Shown here one piece after another: positions 1 to 29,811 of a DNA stretch of 64,000 bases (position 1 is the stretch's first letter; each line of letters starts with the position of its first letter). The stretch is from the NCBI RefSeq assembly GCF_006345805.1, contig NC_042998.1, positions 100,130,001 to 100,194,000 on the forward strand, written 5' to 3'. Position numbers and translations under genes: made by a program. The notes beneath the pieces were generated by a model. The model was not told the DNA's origin. It ran no database searches and saw only the letters and a list, made by a program, of their open reading frames with translations. The DNA comes from Octopus sinensis. Taxonomy: Eukaryota.

Positions 1-778
1 TTGTTAGATGAAAGAAATGTGGTTTATACTGTGGAAGGCACTCCTGGAAAAAGTTGAAGAAACAAGGCATGAAGTCATATCTGAGGATATTGGGCTTTAA
101 TCTGGGTTTGATAGATGTAAATTCAGAAATCTAGGACTAAAACAAACTGTTAGTCTCAGCTTGTAAGAACGATTGTAAAAAGAAAGCTTTAAGTAAGAAT
201 TTAACTAAGAAAATTGTGATTCATTAACCAGAAGTACTCATGTAGAACTTAGCAAAGATAAAGAATGAACCTTACTAGTTTAAGAAATTTTTATGTTTAA
301 TACTACAATAAAAACAATACAGTTACTAAAAACTAGGAAGGATGAAAGAAAATGAAAAGCCTGCTTTATGAAATATGAAGGAAGGGTTTGAATACATTTG
401 AAATAGAAGTAATAATAAGCATACCATGACTGAGAAGATTTACAAATTACTGATTTATTTATATTTGGGGTCCAGAGGAATGAACAAATGGAGGAGACAC
501 TGGTAATCCATTTAGGAGAGTGGTTATTCTAAATTGCTAAAAAAATAACTAATACAAAGTGGCGCTGACTTTTTAGCTGTGCTGCATAGAATTCAGTGAA
601 GTATTCTCCTATTAGCTTTTGAAGACCAATAGGATTTCATTTTAACATTATAAATAATGGTTTCTAATTTAAGCACAAGGCTAGCAATTTTGTAGAGAAA
701 AGGATTTACACCATTGAGTTTTGTACATAACTTGCACTTTTATTTTATCAAGTTGACCTTGGCAGGAAATCACCTAAG

Positions 779-1405
779 AATAATAAAAAAACAAAAAATA
801 AGGAAATTATCGTGTGTAGTGCTCAGGTGCCTTACAATTCATTCAAGGTGCATGTACAGTACATAGAATTATGTACAAAAGTCAGGAAAGTGAACAGTGT
901 ATGAATCGTGATATATGTATGGAAGGGGTGTATATCATGTGTAGTGTTGATGAATTCAGGAAGCATGGAGGTTTTAAAGGATGCAATGTCTTGGCAACTA
1001 ACAACTGATGCAGGTAGTTTGTGTCATCCCTCAGCAACTCTGAGTGTGAAAAAATGTTTCCGAAAGTCATGGTAGCTGTACTGTTTTCTGACTTTGTAGG
1101 CATGCCCACATAGAGCTCAAAAAGGTGGTTGATCGCATGATGGTTAATAATTTTGTAGGTGTTTACCAAGTCAGTTGCCAGACTTTGGAGCTTCAATGTA
1201 CCTATGCCCAGGGAAGCAAGGCGTTCAGTGTATGGTAGATGCCTAATGGAGGGTATTTGCTTGGTTGTATATCTCTGAACAGTTTCCATGAGGTCAATGT
1301 CTTGAGCAGGATAGGGATTCCAGACTAGTGGTGCAAATTCCAATTGTGGCCACACCATAGCCATATACAGCCTTAAATAGATAGCTGGAATGTAAAGAAT
1401 CAGAA
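779..1405 (-). mobile_element. CR1/L2-type LINE 3' fragment, decayed
   Basis: ORF 882..1412 has WNPY...DIDLMETVQRYTTKQIPSIRHLPYTERL; 3' end gcacctgagcact and an A/T-rich tail match the copies at 2787 and 46815. Confidence 0.9.
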
Positions 1406-2786
1406 GAAACACCTCAATGTATCTTTACTTACTATCTAGAGATTCTGCTGAACCACCAGTCAATATTATTGTAAATAATAAAACTCATTACTTAACATGC
1501 TGTTCTCACTGGTTCCTGCTGTGGACTCTCTCTCTCTTTCTTCATGCTAGTGGGTTACAACTTGTTGGAAATGTCTGTTGATAGTAAAGTGAACTTGATG
1601 AAAGACATTACATAGGTCTATGACCTTTCTGCCTAGAGGCCAACAGCGTGTTGGTTAGATGTTCTCTTGCAAATTATATACTTGAAAAAATTTGTCCCTA
1701 CCTCTAGATTTGCAGAATTGTTAAAACAGATGCAAAATCTTAAAAATAATAATTTTCTATTGTTTTATCATTTCCATAAAAAAAGATTACCATAGTTACA
1801 TTGGTAAACAGTTAACAAAAGAGGTTTGTATTTCAAGTTCATTCTGATAGGTACACATCATTGAACTCTGAGAACAGAAGAGGTTGCTAATTAATCATTA
1901 ATGCCATTTTTTTCCAGACCAGTTACTATTCATTATTGGTGATTGTTAGTTATATTTCTTGACTTTAACTGGACTGATGATAATTTAAAGAAGAATTACT
2001 ATCCATTGCTTATCATCCATTAAGTTAAGCTTGCCTCAGTTTAATGATTTATGGACAGAAAACTCTTGATACCAACCCACCTGAGACCACTTCTGGTTCT
2101 ATAATAGAAACTTCCTGTTCTAATGTGATCTAAATTAAGCCTTCCATTAAAATTCCTTGTTAATTTTGTTTTTGAAACATGATGAAAGTTAATTTATTAA
2201 ATTCATTGTTTTCAAAATTGAAAGGAAGACAGTCTATTTCAATAGAAATACAGTAACAAAGATACTGATTTTTTCTGGATTGAAATGCTGTTGTTGAATA
2301 GCAGCCTCCTCTCTTCTCAGTCAGTTGTGGTCAAGATGCACTCAGAACACAAATTTCTATTGTTAATTGTTTACCAAAGTATGTAACCATGGTAATCTTT
2401 ACTTATTATTTGAGAATTGACTGGAAAAGATAATCTATGCAAAAGTGGTATTTTTACGATTTTACATTTGTTTTCCTTATTATAATTCTGCAAATTCAGA
2501 GATGTCTAAATTTCTGTCATATATGTAATTTGCAGATGTATGCATTTTATAATGTGAATCATCGGGGATTTCATCTGACCAGCAAGCCTGTATACAGGTG
2601 CTGAACCTGCCACACTTAATAGTAAATCTTTTCCAAACATCTTATAAAAAAAAAAAAAAAAAGGTATGCTGGAAGATGCAATCCAAGATATATGACAGTT
2701 GAATAAGGAAAATGGATTGTGTGTGGTCACTTGAACAATTACATATGAGCCATAGGTCTAATTAATCAGGTTGACCTGGGTCAAAC

Positions 2787-3576
2787 AACTACCTAGACAC
2801 AATGCAGCAATGGATCACAGACTGGCAACTGAAACTGGCTGTGGACAAGTGTACCACCATGCATTTTGGGAGAAAAAACCCTGCGTCCACATACTCCCTC
2901 CACAACACTGATATCAAGAAATCCTCTTGCGAGCGTGACCTAGGCATCACTGTCAGCAGTGATTTGCGTTGGACAAAGCATATCTCTAAAATTGTCAAGA
3001 AGGCCGAGGGTGTCTTGGCATCACTCAGCAAGACTTTTGTTAGCCGCTCTCCAGCCATCTATTTAAAACTGTATACAACTATGGTACGACCACACTTGGA
3101 ATTCGCATCATCAGTTTGGAATCCCTATCTTGCTCAGAACATTGACCTCCTGGAATCTGTCCAGAGACGTGCAACCAAACGCATACCCTCCATCAGACAC
3201 CTACCATATTCTGAGCGCCTTGTTTCCCTGGGCATGGATTCACTGAAGCTCCGGCGTCTGGCGACGGACTTGGTAAACACCCACAAGGTTATCAACCACC
3301 TCACCAACAACAACACTGAACACCTTTTTGATCTCCATGTGTCTAACACACGTGGACATGCCTACAAAGTCAGAAAACGGCACAGCTCCCATGACTTTCG
3401 GAAACATTTTTTCACGCTCAGGGTTGCTGAAGCGTGGAATAAACTGCCTGCGTCAGTTGTTGACTGCCATGACACTGCATCCTTTAAGGCCCTCATGCTT
3501 TCCGAAATCCGCCGAAACTACACCTGATCATACATACACTTTAGATGAGTTGTAGTGCACCTGAGCACTGTACACA

Positions 3577-3607
<31 letters not shown>
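2787..3607 (+). mobile_element. CR1-type LINE 3' fragment with open RT C-terminus (241 aa) and (ATT)n tail
   Basis: CERDLGITVSSDLRW, LYTTMVRPHLEFASSVWNPY, LESVQRRATK, NTRGHAYK, FFTLRVAEAWNKLP; stop at 3525-3527; (ATT)n at about 3578-3607. Confidence 0.95.
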
Positions 3608-3611
<4 letters not shown>

Positions 3612-3846
3612 CTGTTCAAATATTTTGTGCATCCACATAAAGATTTATGAGTGAATAGATTAGTATTTTTACTTGCTAGCCAATGTATTTTACTGAGGTT
3701 AAGTGGATGAATTTATTAAATCACAAGCTGATTAAAGATGATATTCTTTTACTGAAAGCATGCATTGTCTGCACATTGCAAATTCCTTGCTTTTAATTCA
3801 TTATTTTTTCCCTAAGCCCAGAAATGAGATGTCTCAGCAGTGTTGA

Positions 3847-20937
<17,091 letters not shown>

Positions 20938-23910
20938 CTTTTATTCATTTTATCTCTCTGCTTGAAATCATATTGTAAATTATTTATGCAAATTCAATGT
21001 ATATTTGAGTGGGTGACAGCTTCTCTATTTTTATGATGCTTTTACAGTTTTTATTTAGAACCTAATCAGTTTCAATCACTTTTGTACTTGCCATTTCATC
21101 AACATAGTCTACTAGATCAGGAAGAGAAAAAGAAAGGCACTATTTTTCATTTATTTTGATAGGTTCAGCATTAGACAAAAAATTTTTATTTATTGAAATA
21201 ATTTGAGTTTTCAGCTAGAACAGATTTAATGTTTCAACTCCCAAATTCCACATTGTCTAAGTTAATTCTAAGAAATCATGTCATGCACATTGCATTTCCA
21301 ACCTTAGCTTTGCAACACAAGCTTCTTCTCATTGTTCCCTGTAAAATGATTTTTATAAAATTACTATCCCATCTAAGTTCATTATTCTTGGAACTTCAGG
21401 CATGTGTCTTTAACTCCAAAATTTTTGCAAGAACCAAGTTATCTGAAAAGTTATTCAACCAGAGTCAGATCTCATGGAATATATATCTGAAGAATATACA
21501 CCCTTACTTTACCATCGACTTCAACTTTGAAGATTGCATGGCTTGTAAGAAATAGTAACCAAATCTCTGCTAAAGACAGTAGGTAATCTTTTGAGAGTAA
21601 AGACTTACATGCAAATATCCAAATCTATTTACTCAGCTGTTGAGTGACTGATATTGAAGTGATGCTGCAATGTTGTAAAACCATCTTTCAGAGGTCCAAA
21701 GTTTACAGTGCTTGAAGCCCAAAGTTTATTTTGTCTCAAGTGAAATTCCTTAAAGTAATCAAATTGGGTTATAAAAATTTTGGTTAGTTGAATTGCATTT
21801 TTTTTTTGTAGACTGATGAAATAATAAAGTCTTTTAATTTAAATTGTTTTTGTGAAATTTTATTATTCTAACCAATACTTTTTCAGGCTTAGGACATTTC
21901 TCTAATTGCATCTGCAACATGTTACAATGAATTAGAAAAGACCATAGATATTTAAACCACCAGTCAGAACTAAATATGCCTTGACAATGTGCATTTATGT
22001 CTTAAGTTCTCACCACAGTGGCAGTGGATTAATAACAGCAGTATGAATGAAGCCCTTTGGAAGACAGAGCTGCTTCAATGTTCATGCTGACAAGTCTGAC
22101 AAACTCAAAGGATTCTACACACTCTCACTTGTCTATTGATTTAATTATGGATCTTAAAGTTCAGTTTCATCTTCAAAATATTATCTGTAGCTCATCAACC
22201 AAAACCAAATTAAATGCAAATTACAAAATGTGTATAAAACCACATGCACTAAGCCTAATTAATAAAATAAATGTGAAACAAAATACAAACCAAGAAAAAA
22301 AGAAGACAATTTTAAAAACCATTTTATTGAAGAAATGTCATGAGAATTGTACGAAGGTATAATATTTCGTTAAATATAAAGTGTTTTAACTAGTTTTAAC
22401 AGTAGGAAAAGTCCTGTTTTAATAACACTCAACAGTTGTGGTTCTATTTACATTCACAGAAGTTCTCCTTGCTCCAAGAATAAACAGGATAGACATTTAA
22501 TAACAATTAATAGATGTAAAGAAAATGAAATTTTACAATTGATTATCTAGAATTAAAATTTTAATCTGTAATTTAGCTTGGATTTCTCAAGCTTTAGAGT
22601 ATGACAGAAACACGATTTATCTTTTACGGCACCAGTCATATTATAAACACATCAACTATTTCTAGTTGAGTAGCCCTAATCAGCTCAGTACAAGCAAGCC
22701 TTTGGCACAAAGGTAGCCAACATGTCATACACTCTGGGTATACCACACATCTGTTTATTCTGGGATAATGCTGTACATTTTGCTAAGTAGTCAGATCATG
22801 TCACCTGTATTGTGTGGTTGCAGCAGTTATGGGTAGGGTGAACAAGCTACAAAGTGTGGATTATTTGGAATTCACTGGTGATAGTCTTTAACCAAGCACT
22901 AATTTTAGATTTTGCATTGCTATTAATTTTGTGGATTGTATGTTCTTTCCTTTTATCAAGCTTTCTTTTTACTAAGTCATTATTTTCAAAATCAATTGAA
23001 AGATAGACATAATTTATAAAATTATTAAGGTTGTGCTTTGCAGACAAACACTGGTATTAGGAGGAAGGGATTAAAATGATTTTTTCTGCCCCCCAGCAAT
23101 GGCTGGTTGATTTACCCGTTAGAAATGTAGATTTAAAATTGTCCTTAGCAATTGTACAGCTTAAAAAAAATTTTTTCCGGTATAACTATGGTTGTGGCAC
23201 ACAAATTGAATTACTCTTGGAGTATTGGACACCCAGAAGTATGCATTTTCTACCACTTGTAGAGGAAGCACGGAGTTGGTTTGTGGATGGAATAAGACCA
23301 GATAATCAGTTGTATAAACTAATTTCACATGATTAGGGAACTAGAACGCTCCCAATATAAAATACCACAGATCCTACAATTGGAGTAGATCCAAGGATTT
23401 CAAAAAAAAAACCTTCCCTCCTCACACATGCTCATGTACACAAACATTAGTGATGGCTGTTATTTCTCAGTTCTGTTGCTGGAAATATCTTGAGACTTCA
23501 AACCTAATTTTCTCCAGGTTATTTCCATCCAACCTATGACAGTGTATGTTTGCAGTATTTGAGAGATACAAACTTGAATGTTGTATTTGAAAATAAATAA
23601 TTTACTGTTGCAGCTCTACTAAGATGCCCTATTACAGAACAATATGTGTTAGTTATATTGTTTCTACTTGTTGGCAATGTTCATGGAATATATGCCTTAT
23701 ATTTTCTCAGACAATATATTATTCACTGTTCTGTTCCGGATTCAAAGATCAGTTGATTCCACACTTAATTTGTATGGATTGTTCTTATTTTAGTTGGTCC
23801 AAACATTCAATTCTTATCTTGGAAATCGACAGCCTTTTCATACACGTGTTGTGTGTCCTGTTTTCCAGTTAACCTATTAAATAAACAAAATGACCATTTT
23901 ACAACAATGC

Positions 23911-23913
<3 letters not shown>

Positions 23914-23949
<36 letters not shown>
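23914..23949. repeat. (TA)n microsatellite
   Basis: Perfect dinucleotide run. Confidence 0.97.
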
Positions 23950-23953
<4 letters not shown>

Positions 23954-24158
23954 CAATGTTTTATATCTACTCATTATTATTAGAAACACTAAGACTTAGG
24001 GCTTTTAGTACTATAACAATCATAAACTCTTAAAGGTTTTGGTCAATTATATTACTTCTTCCACTTTGTTTAATACATATTTTATCAATTTCTACTCAAT
24101 AAAATTATTAGATTTTAACTATTTTATATACTTGTGTGTATGCATACACACATATATA

Positions 24159-24549
24159 GGCACACTTCTCAACCACATGGTTCTGGGTTCAATACCACTG
24201 CATGGACCCTTGGGCAAATGTCTTCTACTATACACTTAGGCCTATGAAAGCCTTGAGTGGATTCAGCAGACAGGAACTGAAATAAGCTCATTGTATATAA
24301 ATGTATAAGTGTGTTTGTGTCTCTTAGTCTTGACATTGCAATGATAGTTGTAAACAAGTGTCATTGTCAAACAAGCAATGTCAATCAAATTCCAGTATTC
24401 TGTGCGAACATATCTGGCCATGGGGAAATATCTTGCTTGAAAAGAAGTGAGGATTGGTGACAGGAAGGGCATCAAATTGTAGAAAATCTGCTTCAAACTC
24501 TATCCAACACGTGCAAGCATGAAAAAGTGGCGGTTAAACGATAATGATG
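24159..24549 (+). mobile_element. SINE with family-B head and RTE-type (GAT)n tail
   Basis: aaccacatggttctgggttcaataccactg...ttgggcaaatgtcttctactata head; tail ggaagggcatc...agcatgaaaaagtggcggttaaacgataatgatg. Confidence 0.8.
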
Positions 24550-25091
24550 TATAAGCTCTCTATCTACAAAACATCACTCACAAAATGTTGACCGAAAAAA
24601 TTCTTAACTACACAAACATGCCAAAAGTAATATATTTTTAGCTCAGCTAAATACTATATGGCATGTGGTTTGCTACAAAACTATCCCACTGCTGAACAGC
24701 AGTTAGACCAAGTCTTCAGTCTGTGAATAATGGATTGTAATGTGTTGCTACATACTCCTTTGAGTATAGATGCTTTATTAGTATGATTTTTTTTTTTTTG
24801 TCAGCTAAGTCTTCTGCCAGATACAATGGGTTCTAATCCATGAATAATGTTTTGGGATGTATTCTATTAGCTGATGATTTTCATATCTTCTTTCTTCCTA
24901 GTTAGTAACTATTCCTGCAGTGGATATGTCTCCAACAGACCTACTTGCAGCCTGTAATCTTCAGCTGGGTTACTTACAAAGATCAAAGTAAAAGTTAGTA
25001 ACAACCTGAGTAGTTTCTTCCTTTTCTACTGACCAGTCTTAGGGATACTGTCCTCATTAAGCCATAAAGAAACCCATTGTGTTTCTTCAGT

Positions 25092-25265
25092 ATCATCATC
25101 ATCATTTAATGCCTGTTTTCCATGCTGGCACGGAATGGTCAGTTTGACAGGAGCTGTCCAGACTCCAATTGTCTGTTGTGGCATGGTTTCTAGGGCTGGG
25201 TGCCCTTTCTAATGCCAACAACTTTACAGAGTGTGCTGGGTGCTTTTCACATGTCACCAGCAGCA
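25092..25265 (-). mobile_element. RTE-type 3' end, same family
   Basis: (ATC)n ttaatgcctgttttccatgctggca...tgccctttctaatgccaac. Confidence 0.82.
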
Positions 25266-25434
25266 TGGGTGCATTTATGCAGCACCAGCACATGTGCATT
25301 TTATGTGGCACTGACACCTGTAAAAGACATGCCTGTAATTTTGTCTGAGATAAGTGAAATAGTATCAATAATACATTCATTTATATATTATAGACACAGT
25401 TAACAAACCTTGTTATAATAGTTTATGAAAAAAT

Positions 25435-25597
25435 TCAAACAAGGGTTGGGTGCTTCTTTGAGGATTCCTGATCTTCATACCATGCGAGCATCTCCTCACT
25501 AAAAGCCTCAGCTAAAGATTCACCTGCATTAAGTGTGAAGCTATTGTCACGTGATTTAATTGTACTTTCACTGGAGCTTGAAGGCATTGATGTATTA
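25435..25597 (-). CDS. FRMD4: FRMD4-like last coding exon, 163 nt (NTSMPSSSSESTIKSRDNSFTLNAGESLAEAFSEEMLAWYEDQESSKKHPTLV*)
   Basis: ttttatttcag|T AAT...GTT TGA; ends in a class I PDZ-binding motif (T-x-V). Confidence 0.88.
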
Positions 25598-28500
25598 CTG
25601 AAATAAAAAAATAAATCTAAATTTAAACCAAAGAGTTAGTGAGGACAAACTTTGTGAAATTATGATCAAGAGAAAGGCATTTCATTTAGTGAAAAGTCAG
25701 ATCCATCATAAGATACAATATCCTCATCACAGCTTTCCTGCAATTCCATACAAGGCTATACAAGTGTGTTGCAAATTTTTTCTCACTTTGAGAAATTAAA
25801 CACAAAATAATTTTGATTTGCAAAAAGCAAACCTATTTCATCAAAGAACTTGAAAAAAATCCTGAAAAAAAAAGAAATCTTAATGTACATCATGGAAGCT
25901 ATCAATATAATTACAATATACCAAAATTGTACCTGTCTAACATAACTCTTCCCAACAACCACATTTTAAGTATCACTAACTCCATAGGTTAGACAAAAAT
26001 CAAGAATTGAAGGAAAATGGTGAGGATCTATGTAGGCAGCAACTAATAAATAAACGAAAATTTGTCTGTGACATGTCAAAGTCAGTTGCCATGAGTTGAA
26101 TCATTTGGGCTTAAATATTGACAAAACAGATTCATTTTTCCAGGGAAGTTACACAAATACATTGATACAGAACTAGTTTTCAGTAATTTAGGTTATATGA
26201 ATGAACAGAATTCAGTTAATATTAAGGAGATAAACAGAATTCAGTTAATATTAAGGAGATAAAATTTGTACATTAGACCATGGTCTGTCTAAATATGAGT
26301 CTTAGCTACATTCATACTGAAGTTTACTACAGCCTATACACTGATTGTTTTTCAATCATAGTTTACCTTTATTTGTAGTTGTTATTCAATCTGCCATCTT
26401 AGTGAACATGCCAGATAACCTATTAACAAGCACACTTGGTCAAGTCAGTTTGTTCTGTTATTTATTACAGAAATGTATGACTATTCACTGGTTTTGCCTA
26501 TATTGTGATCTTCAAGTATAACTAATCAGGGAAGCTACAAATGCTAAGATATGTTTCCTGATACTGACATGATCTTCATGGCAATATTTCTTTACAGGCT
26601 AGGAGAAACTATGATGAGATCTAGGAGAGCTGATCTGTAAATTTATAGATCCAACCCACTTTTTTGTATGAAAATAAAAAGAATAATTGAATTAGATTGT
26701 TATAAATTTAGACCAGGAAATAATAGCTAGTTTTGTGGCACCTAATCCAAGGAATAGATATCAGCACCAACAGTGCCATATTAAACATTTAGCATTTAGA
26801 CTGGCCATATTTGTCCCAAATATTCTGTTTTATGTTCAAACCAGCCAAATCTAGCTTCTCACACCTATCCTACGATGTCATTCTAAAATTGAACAATCAT
26901 GTCATCAAAATCTCAAAGCTACAAAATAATGCGTAATTAATTCAAAACAATGTGAATAAATAAGTATTGCACTTGGCAGAGTAATCTGAATGCTAAAAGG
27001 TTAAAAAAGGTTGTTTGGACTGTGTCAGCTGGTTCAAGCAGAATCAAAAACAGACTCCACTGAGATATAACAAATCTCAGTTGAGATTTGGAAGAATACT
27101 ACAGTAGTAAGGTAAAAAAAAAATTTCCTAAATATATAAAGAATGGATAAAATAGTTTGATTCTTATACCTGATAATCATTTAGCAGCTATTTGAAAATA
27201 CCAAGTTATATGAGATATATTACCATCTCAATTTATTATAAATTTATCCAAAATTGATACAACATTGGCTTTGCCAAAAAAACTATTTTAAACTTTATAT
27301 ATCACAGTCATTACTTTGCCTGTCCTCTATCACCAATATTTAAACTATTACATATTAATTTCTCCTTACATCAACTGACCCCACAACAGAAAATAATATA
27401 TATCCATCTAGTTTTAAACCATGAGAATCAAAATTCGATACAGAAAAGTGTATTCATAATTTCTATTAGTTGTGAAGTTACTTAAGTGATTCAAGGGCTT
27501 GGAATTCTGAGCCAAACTATTTGTCAAACTGAACAGGATAATTGAATATTCTAGAAAATATCTTCAAAAACTGCTAAATTGTCATGTGATAAAGATTTTC
27601 AAGATCTACTCAGATTGATGTATGTGAAAAGAAATTCAGCTTACATATACACATGTCTATGTACACGCCATACACTGCACACACAATGCATATATATATA
27701 TATATATTATATATTCACACATATATACAAATATGTTTATTGTAATTCTTGTGTAAATGTATAGAAATGTATGTTTGTGTATGCATTGCATCTAAATATG
27801 AATATATTGTGAATTATATGTCTGTATGAATTCTTACATAGTGTTAGCAAATATATATGTGTGTGTGTATCAATGTTTTCTCATTTATACTATTATAGTT
27901 TTAGAATCAATAAAATAAGCATCAGTCAAACACTAGAGATGATGAAATTGACTAGCCCCTTCCTCAAAATTTTCAAGACTTGTGCCTATAGTAAAAAGAA
28001 CTATGTGATCATATGAGTATTTGTTTATATTACATGTAAGCTGAATTTCATTTGCATACATACAATCAGTAAGCAGATTTTGAAATTCCTTATCGCATGA
28101 CAGTATTTTTCAAAGAAACATTCTAGAATAGTTACTTTTTAGCTTCAGTTATTTTGTATCAGTTTTCATTTGCAGAATCTTCAGTTCCAGACCAGCTTAA
28201 TTCATTGTTGGCATCCTACAGGTCTCTTTCTCAAAATTTCTCAACCTTAAGCTATTGAAGCAAATTCTATTTTAACCATTTAATGTCAGCTTAACAGTCA
28301 AATTGTATCCGAGAGGTGCAAAGACTGATTGGTTAATGTCCTGCACTTGTATCCCAAAAGGTACTTTCTTAGCTTCAGGTGGAAACTTTGTACTCAAATT
28401 GATAGAAGTTAGAAAAAAATTTCAATTATGAAATATCTGTCTCCAAAATTTGAAACTAATATTTGAATTTGAAGAACCACTCAATTTTTGTTTACAAAAC

Positions 28501-29752
28501 AACTCACACACACAAAAAAATTTCCACAATCCTTCAAACTGCAGTCGACTCTTGTAGAAACAATCACACACAATAGCTGCTAAACCTGTCTCTCTCTCCT
28601 ACTCAGTCCAGACACACATTCATATCATATACACTCAAGAATACTATTATCAAACACAGTGCTGGGATACACATCACCACTGGTATGTGCAAAACAATAA
28701 CTATTATTGTGCTGTAACAAAGTCTACCTCACTTGTTGCCATTGTGGATCTACAAGCATAGAGATGACATGAAACTGCTACAAAGAGCAGAGAAATCTCC
28801 TTCAAAATACATCTAACTCTTAAGTAAAGAAACAAAGGATTGTTAAGGATGGAACGTCTTTGTTCAGCCAGAGTTGACCTGAGGTTAAACATTACAGCTA
28901 TACTGCAATAGACTAGACAGTAGAGCAAACTAGAAAGTCACACTGCATGTCATGTGATTAAACATTGATGAAATGTGTAGTATAGCCCTAAGTGAAGTGG
29001 AATCATAGTTACATCTTACAATGCTAAGCTGGTGCTACACACCAATGACAAAAGCTTGCTATGTGTCTTGTTGGAGATGGTTGAAAACTATTAACAGACT
29101 GTAAAAGTCAAGTAACTGGTTTGTGTAACACTGGAGTAACAAATAATTATAATTGTTTCTATAAAAGCCATTTGAATGAGCTTACTCAGATTTGTTGATC
29201 ACATCACCCATCACTATCCAGCATAACATTCAGAAAAGTAGCAGGAAAACAAGCTTAACAAGGATTAGGGTATAGTTTTATACTCAGTGACTTTAATATA
29301 ATTAATTATACCCTAATCAGAATTTGAACTCAAAAGTGAGCACTTTTATCTGATATTATTACTTCTGTTGGTTCCACAATTCTAGAAACAAATATTAAAG
29401 ATAATGAAGGTATCTCAATGTAACAGCTCAGCTTGCTAGAAATGGCAACCAATCCTTCCACAAAATATGTTGCTCCACTCTCTTAATAAAGCAAGAATAC
29501 ATTGGATAACATCTTTAGGAAGGATGAAATGGTGATAGTTGATTTGGGGTTAACATTTGCTTAGTCATGGCTGAGGTTAACATTGTCTAACCTCAGTTTG
29601 ACAAATAATATGAACAGCAAAAGAAAAAAAACCATAAATTCTGTCTACATCGCAAATTTTTTAAAAAATGCTATTAAAATTAAATTTCTCGGCCCATTTA
29701 TTATTCTCTATTATTGTTGCTATTTTATGTTGCATCAGTGAATAAAACATAG

Positions 29753-29811
<59 letters not shown>

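Noticed and set aside
21229-22362. 108-aa and 101-aa ORFs downstream of ATE1
   Set aside because: No recognisable motif or splice signals; likely chance ORFs in 3' UTR or intergenic DNA.
26204-26261. CRISPR-like repeat
   Set aside because: Two adjacent copies with no spacer, in eukaryotic intron DNA.
29571-29596. 9-bp hairpin CTGAGGTTA / TAACCTCAG
   Set aside because: Isolated and inside a decayed repeat remnant; expected occasionally in 64 kb.
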